The notes: generated by a model from the letters alone, not told the origin. 33,661 bases of DNA from an uncultured Campylobacterales bacterium (GCA_964479605.1 CAYZMY010000001.1:1-33661), one strand, 5' to 3'. Shown: positions 1 through 8,755, counted from the stretch's first letter. Numbers and translations are program-made.

Positions 1-91
1 CTCTGTGCTTGCGAAGACTCCTTCGGATGAGATATAATCAATATCCAATTCATACTGATAGATACAGCGTTATAAATTATAATAGAAGGAA

Positions 92-2299
92 ATGACCATT
101 TTTAAAACCGCTCTTTTACTGACAACCGCGATCTTCTTTCTCTACGGCGCAATAGCGACACTTATGCCACAGAGTTCAATGGTAGGATCGCTTGGTACAT
201 ATATAGGAACACACAACCTCGAACTCTTCGGCTATCTGGGCTATGTAGACTTTATTTTTCTTCTCTATCCTTTATATAGGCTCTACAGACTCGAAAAATT
301 CGAGGATTTCGAAATAGAGAGTTTTTCAGCCTGGCTTCTGTTTCTGTTTTCGCTTCTGATTCTTCAGGCGCTTCTGTTCAAGCCACCGTTTGACGGCTGG
401 GTCGGCGGCAGTATAGTGGGCTTTTTGCATCCGTTTATCGGTGATGCAGGTGTATGGCTATTTTGGTTGATGACTCTAACTCTTTCCGGTGTTATATTAT
501 GGGGAGAGTCGATTCACTGGAAAATTTCCGATATAAAAGAGATGGTGAAAAGTGAAGACCAGATGGCTGTTTTGGAACCCAAAAAGATGTCTGGAGCATC
601 AAAGAGGAAAAAGACGGTAAGAACGGATGAGGATGTGCCGGCTGCTCTTACACTGAAAGAAGCGGTTACTATATCCGAGGGAGAGAGCGAACAGAAAGAA
701 GTGAATGGGGAGCCTGTTTCTGTGCCGAATGAGGAGCCCGCCGATAAGGTCGGGCCAAGAGGGAAACAGTCTGAAGAAACGGAGACGAAAAAAGAGGATA
801 CGGCAAAAACAGAGCATGCAAACATTGAGATAGTGCAGGAGATCGAAGAGAATAAAAGATTGTTGGAACAGATCGACATCGGTGAGCAGGAGAAGCCCAA
901 AAACTTCAAACTTCCAAAACTGGACTTCCTTCAAAAGCCGCCCAAAAGAAGCAGGGAGATAAACGAAGCGGAGATAGATGAGAAGATCAGCGATCTTCTG
1001 GACAAACTCTCCAAATTCAAAATCGAAGGAGATGTGGTACGAACCTATGCCGGACCGGTCGTTACCACTTTTGAGTTCAAACCGGCTGCGCATGTCAAGG
1101 TATCCAAAATCCTCAATCTGCAGGATGATCTGGCTATGGCGCTCCGCGCTCAGACCATCCGTATACAGGCTCCGGTTCCCGGCAAGGATGTTGTAGGAAT
1201 CGAGATTCCGAACAAAGAGGTCGAAACCATCTATTTAAGAGAGATTCTGGAAGACGATATCTTCAAAAAGTCGAAATCCCCTCTTGCTATCGCTCTGGGC
1301 AAAGATATCGTCGGCAAGCCGTTTGTGACAGATCTGAAAAAGCTGCCCCATCTGCTTATAGCCGGAACGACGGGCAGCGGCAAGAGTGTCGGTATAAACG
1401 CCATGATATTGAGCCTTCTGTACAGAAACTCTCCCGACAGGCTGAAGCTTATGATGATCGATCCGAAGATGCTTGAATTTTCTATATATAATGATATTCC
1501 GCATCTTCTTACTCCGGTTATCACCCAGCCGAAAAAGGCGATTACAGCACTTTCGAACATGGTTGCCGAGATGGAGCGCCGGTACAAAATGATGAGCCAG
1601 ACCAGAACGAAAAATATAGAAACCTATAATGAAAAAGCGGTAAGAGAAAAGCGTGAAGAGCTTCCTTATATCGTCGTGGTTATAGATGAACTTGCAGATC
1701 TGATGATGACCGGCGGAAAAGAGGTCGAGTTTTCCATCGCAAGGCTTGCACAGATGGCAAGGGCGAGCGGCATACATCTTATAGTCGCTACCCAAAGACC
1801 CAGCGTGGATGTCGTGACCGGGCTTATAAAAGCGAACCTTCCTTCCAGAATCAGCTACAAGGTGGGCCAGAAGATCGACTCCAAAGTCATTTTGGACACT
1901 CTGGGGGCCGAATCTCTGCTGGGAAGAGGAGATATGCTCTTTACACCTCCCGGCGGGGGAGGGTTGATTAGGCTGCATGCGCCTTGGAGCAGTGAAAGCG
2001 AGATTGAGAATATTGTCGAATATCTCAAAGCGCAGCGGCCTGCCGAATATGATGAGCATTTTCTGGCGGAGAGCGATGAGGAGACGGGCGGCGGCATAAG
2101 CGGTACGGTGGATGACATTGATCCGCTTTTCGAAGAGGCGAAGCAGATTGTTCTCAGTGACAAAAAAACGAGTATCAGTTACCTTCAGAGACGTCTTCAG
2201 ATCGGTTACAACCGTGCGGCGCGTATTGTTGAACAGCTTGAGAGTATGGGTATCGTATCAGCCCCGAATGCAAAGGGCAACAGAGAGATTTTAGGCTAA
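92..2299 (+). CDS. ftsK: DNA translocase FtsK/SpoIIIE
   Basis: N-terminal TM helices, charged linker, Walker A (AGTTGSGKS), Walker B (VVVIDELADLMM), LIVATQRPS, C-terminal gamma domain (SISYLQRRLQIGYNRAARIVEQLE). Confidence 0.97.
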   Translation: MTIFKTALLLTTAIFFLYGAIATLMPQSSMVGSLGTYIGTHNLELFGYLGYVDFIFLLYPLYRLYRLEKFEDFEIESFSAWLLFLFSLLILQALLFKPPFDGWVGGSIVGFLHPFIGDAGVWLFWLMTLTLSGVILWGESIHWKISDIKEMVKSEDQMAVLEPKKMSGASKRKKTVRTDEDVPAALTLKEAVTISEGESEQKEVNGEPVSVPNEEPADKVGPRGKQSEETETKKEDTAKTEHANIEIVQEIEENKRLLEQIDIGEQEKPKNFKLPKLDFLQKPPKRSREINEAEIDEKISDLLDKLSKFKIEGDVVRTYAGPVVTTFEFKPAAHVKVSKILNLQDDLAMALRAQTIRIQAPVPGKDVVGIEIPNKEVETIYLREILEDDIFKKSKSPLAIALGKDIVGKPFVTDLKKLPHLLIAGTTGSGKSVGINAMILSLLYRNSPDRLKLMMIDPKMLEFSIYNDIPHLLTPVITQPKKAITALSNMVAEMERRYKMMSQTRTKNIETYNEKAVREKREELPYIVVVIDELADLMMTGGKEVEFSIARLAQMARASGIHLIVATQRPSVDVVTGLIKANLPSRISYKVGQKIDSKVILDTLGAESLLGRGDMLFTPPGGGGLIRLHAPWSSESEIENIVEYLKAQRPAEYDEHFLAESDEETGGGISGTVDDIDPLFEEAKQIVLSDKKTSISYLQRRLQIGYNRAARIVEQLESMGIVSAPNAKGNREILG

Positions 2300-2325
2300 A
2301 AAGCAGGGGGCTGTCGCCGCCCTGC
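2298..2325 (-). terminator. Intrinsic terminator between convergent ftsK and DUF2235 genes
   Basis: Minus strand GCAGGG...CCCTGC stem followed by a T-tract. Confidence 0.55.
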
Positions 2326-2338
2326 CGCAGAGCTTCAG

Positions 2339-3895
2339 CTAGCTAAGCCTGGTAATCTTAAGTGTCACACTTCCGCGGTTGTTTCCGTAGAAGTTCCACG
2401 CATCGTTGGCATATGCAAACAGGTATCCCGATTTTTTGGGTATGTGTTTACATTTTTTGCCTATTTTGAAGGTCTCGTGTGGTGCAGGGGTCCCGTCTTT
2501 TTTGGGATTTCCTCCGTTGGCTATGGAGCCTACCAGCGCAAACCACGGAATTTTCTCTTCGCGCCTGCTTCCTATGAAGTCGGCAGCTTCGTTTTTGGTC
2601 ACTTTTTTATAGGCTTCTTCAATCTTTCCCCACAGTGTCCCGGCCATATGGAAAATCTCTTCTATATAGAATTTCCCGTCATCAGCTCCATCCGGCCCGC
2701 ACTTTATGTTCCTGTCCATCCACTGTCCGCTTGCTTCCAACCTGTACTCTTTCCCCTCCTCGAGATAGATACCGGTTTCGTTCCACGGCTGCATGGCGTA
2801 GATGGTCCTTTCTATCGTTTCTCCCTTTTTCAAAAACTCCGTATCGTGATAGTGAGGCTCTTCAATCGGCGGCATTTTTTGGCGTTCTATCGCCGAATTG
2901 TGGACCAGTTTTCCGGCATTTTTCTTCACTATGGCAGGCATGCTTCTCGGAGAGGCACGAAGATGTTTGAATATGCCGCTCATCGAGTCGTATAGGATTC
3001 CAAGTGTATACGGTGTTATCTGTTTCAGCATCTCTTTGCGAAACGCCAGTCCCGTACCGGCCGCTTCGTCTATCATCCATTTGAGGGCTATATCGGAAAG
3101 TCCGGTATCTACATAACCCCCTCCCACATTGGCATGGACTCCGGGGAACCAGATCTGCTTTACTCTTTTCCTCTTTTGTGCGTTGCTCCAGAGTGTCGGA
3201 GAGAAACTGGCCCTCTTTTCGTCGATAGCCACGGCATGGCGTGCATGAATGACGTTACAGCCCAGCTCTGTATCGTGGAAAGAGTATTTTTTGATATTGT
3301 CCAGCAGATTCAAAACGGCAAGATTGTTTGGAACGCCGAGGGCGCCTACAGTATCCCAAACCCCGAGGAAAAAGATGGGAATATAGCTCTTTTCTCCGCC
3401 ATTGTCGCAGGTGAGTATCTCTTCGGGGTGGAATGCCCACCCTTTTGCCCAATCCTTTTTCGGTTTCCTTTTCCTGTAGCCTTTGTCGTATGCCGTCTTG
3501 ACGCGGCTCCAGAGCTCATCGTCATCGAGACCGTTAAGATCCAAAAGTCCGCACCTTCCCATCATTCCCGCCAGGCTTCTTACCGTATAGGCGCCGCGAC
3601 TGAAGCCGAAAAGGTATATCCGATCACCGGGTCTGTAGTGTTCGCAGAGCCATTTGTAGGCGCTTCTGATGTTTTTGCTCAGTCCGACTCCTACAGAACC
3701 GCCTGCAAGTTTCTCCCACCATGTACCGTCTGCTCCTACCCCCGGATGGTAGTATCTCAGCTGTTCTCTTCCCTCTTTGTCGCTGTTCGCCACACAGTTG
3801 AAAATCTTGACCACATTGGTCGGTACGGGAATGTCGTTCTCTTTCTGATCCGGTGTGTTCCATGTTCCGTCTGCACATACGATAAGATTTCTCAT
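2339..3895 (-). CDS. DUF2235/Tle1-like alpha/beta-hydrolase (phospholipase-like) with a C-terminal LecA/PA-IL-like domain
   Basis: N-terminal CADGTWN, TNV, GFSRGA nucleophile motif, WDTVG, WFPGVHANVGGG; C-terminal ANDAWNFYGNNRGSVTLKI; SD-like AGGGG upstream. Confidence 0.85.
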   Translation of the reverse strand: MRNLIVCADGTWNTPDQKENDIPVPTNVVKIFNCVANSDKEGREQLRYYHPGVGADGTWWEKLAGGSVGVGLSKNIRSAYKWLCEHYRPGDRIYLFGFSRGAYTVRSLAGMMGRCGLLDLNGLDDDELWSRVKTAYDKGYRKRKPKKDWAKGWAFHPEEILTCDNGGEKSYIPIFFLGVWDTVGALGVPNNLAVLNLLDNIKKYSFHDTELGCNVIHARHAVAIDEKRASFSPTLWSNAQKRKRVKQIWFPGVHANVGGGYVDTGLSDIALKWMIDEAAGTGLAFRKEMLKQITPYTLGILYDSMSGIFKHLRASPRSMPAIVKKNAGKLVHNSAIERQKMPPIEEPHYHDTEFLKKGETIERTIYAMQPWNETGIYLEEGKEYRLEASGQWMDRNIKCGPDGADDGKFYIEEIFHMAGTLWGKIEEAYKKVTKNEAADFIGSRREEKIPWFALVGSIANGGNPKKDGTPAPHETFKIGKKCKHIPKKSGYLFAYANDAWNFYGNNRGSVTLKITRLS

Positions 3896-3981
3896 CCATC
3901 ACCCCTTTTTTTATAATCGCGCGGCTTTACACACAAGTAACACTTAGAGCCGTTATATTGCATAGAATATCATAGGCAAGC

Positions 3982-5112
3982 TTAGAGCGATCCGGGTACC
4001 TTCAAGCCGTTTTCTTTGGCCATATCCATCCAGTATTTTGCCCTTACGGGATCTTTTTGTACGCCAAGACCGTTGTAGTATAGAAGACCGAGGTTGTACT
4101 GCGCCTGCGGATCTCCCATCTCGGCACCTTTTTGGTACCAGAAGGCCGCCTCGGAAAAGTCCTGTTTCATGCCTTCTCCCTCTTCATATAACCGACCCAG
4201 CATGAATGGAGCCGCCGGGTCGCCGAGATCGGCGGCATGTTTGAGTAGTTTGGCCGCTTTTGCGATATTTTTTTGCGTACATCTGCCCTCGGTATAAAAG
4301 AGTGCAAGACTCACAAGCGACGGGGTATAGTTTTGGCTGGAAGCCTTCTTGTACCAATATATCGCCTCTTTGCACGACTTTTTTGTACCTACTCCCTCTT
4401 CGTACATGAATGCCGTATTGTGCTGTGCCCATGCCAGCCCTTTTTTAGCGGCTTTTTGAAACCATGAGAACGCCTTTTTTGTATCTTTTTTGACTCCGCG
4501 GCCCTTGAGGTACAGAAAACCCAGGGCGTTTTGTGCATCGGCTGAGCCGTTGTTTGCCGCTTTTTTCAGCCATCTGAATGCCGTCAGTGGGTTCTCTTTC
4601 ACTCCGATTCCCCTGTCGTACATAGCTCCGAGATTTGCCTGCGCCGAGGCGTCACCCCTCTTAGCCGCTCTTTTGTACCAAAGAAGTGCACTGCTTAAAT
4701 CTTTTTTTGTCCCCATGCCTGTCTCATACATTTGAGCCAGCAGTGTCATCGCCTTTGTGTAACCTCTTTGTGCCGCTTTTTTATATAGCAAAAAGGCTTT
4801 TTTCAGGTTACGTGGAGTGCCGAGACCTTTTTCATACATTATTCCAAGTTCTGTTGCCGCTCTCGGATAGTCACTTTGATCAGCACGGCTGAAAAGCTCG
4901 AACGCCTTTTTCAGATCTTTTTGTACGCCGATGTTGTATTTGTACATGAGTCCAAGATTCACCAAAGCACGCGCATTTCCGCTTTCTGCAGCCTTTTTGT
5001 AGTATGTCAGAGCCTCTTTGTATTTTCCGTTTTTATAGGCTTGCACACCTTTTTCAACATCTGAGGCGAACAGAAATAAAACTGTAATCATAAATAGAGC
5101 CGCTATTTTCAA
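3982..5112 (-). CDS. Exported Sel1-like repeat (SLR) protein, 9 full repeats plus 1 partial
   Basis: Signal peptide MKIAALFMITVLFLFA; ~36-aa repeats A..LG.MY..G.GV.KD..KA..WY.KAA..G; TTG start after GGGGGA. Confidence 0.92.
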   Translation of the reverse strand: MKIAALFMITVLFLFASDVEKGVQAYKNGKYKEALTYYKKAAESGNARALVNLGLMYKYNIGVQKDLKKAFELFSRADQSDYPRAATELGIMYEKGLGTPRNLKKAFLLYKKAAQRGYTKAMTLLAQMYETGMGTKKDLSSALLWYKRAAKRGDASAQANLGAMYDRGIGVKENPLTAFRWLKKAANNGSADAQNALGFLYLKGRGVKKDTKKAFSWFQKAAKKGLAWAQHNTAFMYEEGVGTKKSCKEAIYWYKKASSQNYTPSLVSLALFYTEGRCTQKNIAKAAKLLKHAADLGDPAAPFMLGRLYEEGEGMKQDFSEAAFWYQKGAEMGDPQAQYNLGLLYYNGLGVQKDPVRAKYWMDMAKENGLKVPGSL

Positions 5113-5253
5113 CTATATCCCCCTGCATACGGTTATCGGTTTGCCTTTTCAGGTAGATATATAATAACAAAAAAGCGAATCATTACCGGTGCATAAGGGG
5201 TAATATGCGAAAATCTTCATAAAGGGCACCTCTAAAGAGCAAAAGGAGCAGGG

Positions 5254-5793
5254 ATGGGAAAAAAATATGATGCAGTTTCACCGAAGCACAGAGAGTTTAT
5301 AGAGCGCCAAAAGATCTTTTTTGTGGCAACCGCCGCACCGCAGGGGAGGGTTAATATTTCACCCAAAGGGATGGATACTTTAAGAGTTCTGGGACCCAAT
5401 CGCGTTGTATGGCTGAATGTTACCGGCAGCGCCAACGAAACCGCCGCACATCTGCAGGAGTCGCCGCGCATGACAATCATGTTTGCGGCATTCGAGGGCG
5501 ATCCGAAGATTTTGCGCCTATATGGAGAGGCGAAAGCGGTCTATGAGAGAGATGACGAGTGGAGTGAGTTGATAGAGCTTTTCCCTCCACTTCCCGGTGC
5601 ACGTCAGATATTTGATATGAATATAGATCTGGTCCATACATCCTGCGGTATGTCTGTTCCGTTTTTTGAGTATATATCGGAGCGTGACGAGCTTAATCGC
5701 TGGGCGCAGAAGAAGGGAGAAGAGGGTATTAAAAGGTACTGGAGCGAGAGAAACAGTGTCAGCCTGGACGGAAAACCGATAAAGATGCCGTGA
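5254..5793 (+). CDS. Pyridoxamine 5'-phosphate oxidase-family (FMN split-barrel) protein
   Basis: QKIFFVATA, NISPKG, TGSANETAAHL, RMTIMFAAFEG, TSCGMSVP; SD AAGGAG. Confidence 0.85.
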   Translation: MGKKYDAVSPKHREFIERQKIFFVATAAPQGRVNISPKGMDTLRVLGPNRVVWLNVTGSANETAAHLQESPRMTIMFAAFEGDPKILRLYGEAKAVYERDDEWSELIELFPPLPGARQIFDMNIDLVHTSCGMSVPFFEYISERDELNRWAQKKGEEGIKRYWSERNSVSLDGKPIKMP

Positions 5794-5803
5794 AACCGGC
5801 TCT

Positions 5804-6787
5804 TTACTGCGGGAATTTCTCGGGCTCTGCAATTTTCGGGCGCTCTTCTGTCAGAGTCTCCAGAAAACGGACCACTTTTCGGACCTCTTCGATACTCAGG
5901 CCTCTGTCTCTAAAAAAAGGTGAGCGCCCTTTCAGATCTTTGTAGCGGCCGCCGTTACCGCATATATAGACCGCTTCTTCGAGTGTATGGACGGACCCAT
6001 CGTGAAAATAGGGTGAAGTTTCGGCTACGTTCCTGAGTGTCGGAGTTTTGAAACTCCCTTTCCAGATAAGGTTTTTGTTCAGTATGTATGCACCCGGATC
6101 ATCATCTCCCAATGCGATATTGTTAAGGCTCTCGTTTGTAAAGTTGAATCCGTTGTGGCAGGATTTACAGTGCCCGTCTCCCGTAAAAATCTCAAACCCC
6201 TCTTTCGCCTCTTCGCTTATCGCATTTTCATCTCCGCTGGCCCATCTGTCGAAAGGTGATTCACCAGATACTACGGTACGTTCAAACGATGCTATCGCCT
6301 CGGCAATTGTCTCTTTTTCAATACCGCGATTAGGAAAGGCTTTTTCAAAAAGAGAGACGTACCCTTTTATCTTTTTCAGCTTTTTCACCAGCTCCTCGGC
6401 AGAAAGATCCATCTCGGCCTTCGCCTCTATGGGGCCGAGTGCCTGCTGTTCCAAAGAGTCCGCCCTGGCATCCCAAAAGAGTGTTTTCAAATATGCGCTG
6501 TTGATGATGGTCGGCGTATTTCTGGTTCCTTTTCGTCTGTCGATACCGACAGCTTTCGGTACTCTGTCTGTCCAGTAGTAGTAGGGAATATGGCATGAAG
6601 CGCACGATACCGTGTTGTCTTGAGAGAGTCTGGGATCGAAAAAGAGCAGTTTTCCCAGTTCGATCTTCTCTTTTGACAAGGGGTTGTTTTTCGGTGTGGG
6701 GATAGAGTCGGGCCTTAGCCAGCGGCTCATATTCGAAGCAAGGCTCACAGACAAAATCAGCGAAACAAAAAGCAGAGTTTTAACCAT
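5804..6787 (-). CDS. Periplasmic diheme cytochrome c peroxidase/MauG-superfamily protein
   Basis: LGKLLFFDPRLS, CASCH, RNTPT, FWD, CKSCH, FKTPTLRN, PYFHDG. Start moved to ATG 6787 (AGGA SD, signal peptide MVKTLLFVSLILSVSLA). Confidence 0.9.
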   Translation of the reverse strand: MVKTLLFVSLILSVSLASNMSRWLRPDSIPTPKNNPLSKEKIELGKLLFFDPRLSQDNTVSCASCHIPYYYWTDRVPKAVGIDRRKGTRNTPTIINSAYLKTLFWDARADSLEQQALGPIEAKAEMDLSAEELVKKLKKIKGYVSLFEKAFPNRGIEKETIAEAIASFERTVVSGESPFDRWASGDENAISEEAKEGFEIFTGDGHCKSCHNGFNFTNESLNNIALGDDDPGAYILNKNLIWKGSFKTPTLRNVAETSPYFHDGSVHTLEEAVYICGNGGRYKDLKGRSPFFRDRGLSIEEVRKVVRFLETLTEERPKIAEPEKFPQ

Positions 6788-6795
6788 AATATTTC

Positions 6796-7983
6796 CTAAA
6801 AAGTGATTGCCAGAATTTTGAAATATCTTATGCACCATGCAATCAGCACACCGACAGTAAGTGCCGCACTCAATGTTATCATACCGCTGTAATCCCCGAA
6901 GTTTGCCGAAAAGGCCGCAACTATTCTGGAAACGGCCGCCAACTGGACGAAGAGAAATATAGCTACTGCCGTTTTGTCTGCTGTCGGTACCCTTCCCGAG
7001 TGGCCGAGTACCACTCTTGTTGCGAAGCCTATAAGAACTGTCAGGAAATACCCCACTGCCAGTGCATGCAACGGCGCCTTCTCAAACACTATCTGATAAT
7101 TAAGAAGAGATGCAAGAGACTCTAATGCAGATATCGAAAATGCGACGGGAATCCATGCCAAAGAGAGGTACAAAACCCAAATTATTGCCGGAACTTTGGT
7201 TATAGGCAGCTTCCAGTTCCAAAACTCTCTTATAAAAAAGAGTGCCAGCGGGATATCTGCCAGAAATTCATATTCTGCAGCCTCGAAAACGGTAAAAGAG
7301 ACTTTAAACAGCAAGAGTGTGAAGAGTATCTCGAGCAGATTTTTTCTCTTTTTTGTTTTATAGCCTGTCACTTTCATCTCTGTGAAGTGGGGAATCATCC
7401 TCTGGCTTATCGTAAATATGAGCATAAAAAGGAAGAGATAGAAGCCTATGTTTACAGCACTTTTTTGTAAAAAAGAGTAATTCAGGCCAAAGAGATACAA
7501 AATTGCGAAGAGGTTAGCCAAAGCTCCGCAACCGAAGGCGATGAGTACCCACTTAGTATCGTACTTATCTTTTACTATGCTTTTTTTATAGATGGAAAAC
7601 AGAAGCATAAAAGAGTTTATCTGTGCAGCCAGAAGAAGAGCGGAAGCGACTGCAACAAGCTGTTCAAAGATCAGAAGAGCTGCAACGTACAGCAAAGAGC
7701 CGGAGGCAAATAGATAGAAGTGTCTCATATATACGGCAGGTGCGATGACAGCTTGCATCAGGAACCTTGGAAAGACGACAAAAAGAAACCCGAGAAAAAA
7801 CTGTATGAAAACCGCAAAGATCATCGGGTACGCATGCAGTTGGAAGATTGAAGCGTCAATAACTGCTGTGCCGGAGTATACAAGCAGTAAAAGTGTCATA
7901 AAAAAGATAAAAAGAATAAAGCCGGATGCAAAAAAAGGCTGATGCGGCTGAGATGAAAATTTTTTATACCATGAAGAGAGCAT
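6796..7983 (-). CDS. nnrS: NnrS-family integral membrane protein
   Basis: QPHQPFF, HAYPMIF, GFLF, QRMIPHFT, LHALAVG, TRVVLGHSGR; many TM segments; SD GAGGA. Confidence 0.88.
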   Translation of the reverse strand: MLSSWYKKFSSQPHQPFFASGFILFIFFMTLLLLVYSGTAVIDASIFQLHAYPMIFAVFIQFFLGFLFVVFPRFLMQAVIAPAVYMRHFYLFASGSLLYVAALLIFEQLVAVASALLLAAQINSFMLLFSIYKKSIVKDKYDTKWVLIAFGCGALANLFAILYLFGLNYSFLQKSAVNIGFYLFLFMLIFTISQRMIPHFTEMKVTGYKTKKRKNLLEILFTLLLFKVSFTVFEAAEYEFLADIPLALFFIREFWNWKLPITKVPAIIWVLYLSLAWIPVAFSISALESLASLLNYQIVFEKAPLHALAVGYFLTVLIGFATRVVLGHSGRVPTADKTAVAIFLFVQLAAVSRIVAAFSANFGDYSGMITLSAALTVGVLIAWCIRYFKILAITF

Positions 7984-8021
7984 TCATTGTCCTCAAAGAC
8001 GGTTATACTGTCTTTTTGGCG

Positions 8022-8030
8022 ATTATATCA
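8022..8030 (-). promoter_or_regulatory. Extended -10 (TGaTATAAT) for nnrS
   Basis: Perfect TGnTATAAT ~40 nt upstream of the nnrS ATG. Confidence 0.65.
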
Positions 8031-8049
8031 AAAACGGGATATCCGCATA

Positions 8050-8063
8050 ATGACCAATGGCAA
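8050..8063. promoter_or_regulatory. Candidate Crp/Fnr-family (Nss/NnrR-type) box
   Basis: ATGA-CCAATG-GCAA, 2 mismatches to TTGA-N6-TCAA, centred ~41 nt upstream of the predicted nnrS TSS. Confidence 0.4.
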
Positions 8064-8068
8064 GAAGT

Positions 8069-8116
8069 TATTACCGCACCAACCAAAGATTGAGGTATTT
8101 AGTTGGTGCGGTAATA
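8069..8116. repeat. Palindromic repeat, copy 1
   Basis: Perfect 15-bp inverted repeat TATTACCGCACCAAC (8069-8083) / GTTGGTGCGGTAATA (8102-8116), 18-nt spacer. Confidence 0.8.
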
Positions 8117-8130
8117 GTCCAAACGGTTCG

Positions 8131-8209
8131 AAAAAGATTCTGCCGAGCCCGTACTGCCGTCATGCACAGCGACATGTGCATGACGCAACGGCATATGAGC
8201 TACTGGCAG
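8131..8209 (-). terminator. Long imperfect hairpin at the tpx 3' end, possible terminator
   Basis: Perfect 11-bp core CGTCATGCACA/TGTGCATGACG (8158-8185), outer CTGCC/GGCAG arms, then AATCTTTTT on the minus strand. Confidence 0.45.
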
Positions 8210-8736
8210 GTTCCGCAGCAGCTGGTGGAGGTGGCCGCTTTTGCAGCGTTTAGAACCTCTTCGTAGTTCGGCTCTTCTGTAATTTCCGGTACGATCTGCT
8301 TATATGTTACGATGCCGCTGGCATCTATAATGAATACGGCCCTGCACGTGAGTCCGGCAAGCGGCCCCTCTGCTATAAGAACACCGTATGCTTTTGCAAA
8401 CTCTTTGTTTTTGTAGTCACTGGCGGTTTTAAGATTTTCTATCCCTTCGGTAGTGCAGAAACGTTTCATCGCAAAAGGCAGGTCCATAGATACAACTATC
8501 ACTTCAGCATTTTCTATTTTTGCCGCCTCTTCGTTAAACTTTCTGGTTTCAGCAGCACATACATCCGTGTCGAGAGAAGGGACCACCACTACGATTTGCG
8601 CTTTTCCCTGCTGCCCGCCGATCTGAATCTCACCAAGATCTTTGTCGGTTACTTTGACGACAGGTGCTACATCACCCACATTTACTTCGTTGCCTTCGAG
8701 TTTTACCTCGTTCCCCTTCAATTTTGTTGTTGCCAT
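8200..8736 (-). CDS. tpx: Thiol peroxidase (atypical 2-Cys peroxiredoxin)
   Basis: VPSLDTDVC, SMDLPFAMKRFC, RAVFIID, EITEEPNY; Cys-rich tail SCCGTCQ; SD AGAGGA. Confidence 0.96.
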   Translation of the reverse strand: MATTKLKGNEVKLEGNEVNVGDVAPVVKVTDKDLGEIQIGGQQGKAQIVVVVPSLDTDVCAAETRKFNEEAAKIENAEVIVVSMDLPFAMKRFCTTEGIENLKTASDYKNKEFAKAYGVLIAEGPLAGLTCRAVFIIDASGIVTYKQIVPEITEEPNYEEVLNAAKAATSTSCCGTCQ

Positions 8737-8755
8737 CTCTATCCTCTCTTATTTT

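Noticed and set aside
3935-3945. AAGTGTTACTT shared with 32879-32889 upstream of the carbonic anhydrase
   Set aside because: One 11-bp match in AT-rich intergenic DNA is plausible by chance.
6788-6838. N-terminal extension of the diheme protein, and similar upstream starts for acnB, secA, mltG, mdh and fumarase beta
   Set aside because: Downstream ATGs have better SD spacing or more family-typical N-termini.
8200-8225. Cys-rich Tpx tail and a TAG followed by a hairpin (possible recoding)
   Set aside because: Similar Cys-rich tails occur in Campylobacter Tpx; the stop is TAG, not TGA; the read-through sequence is not protein-like.
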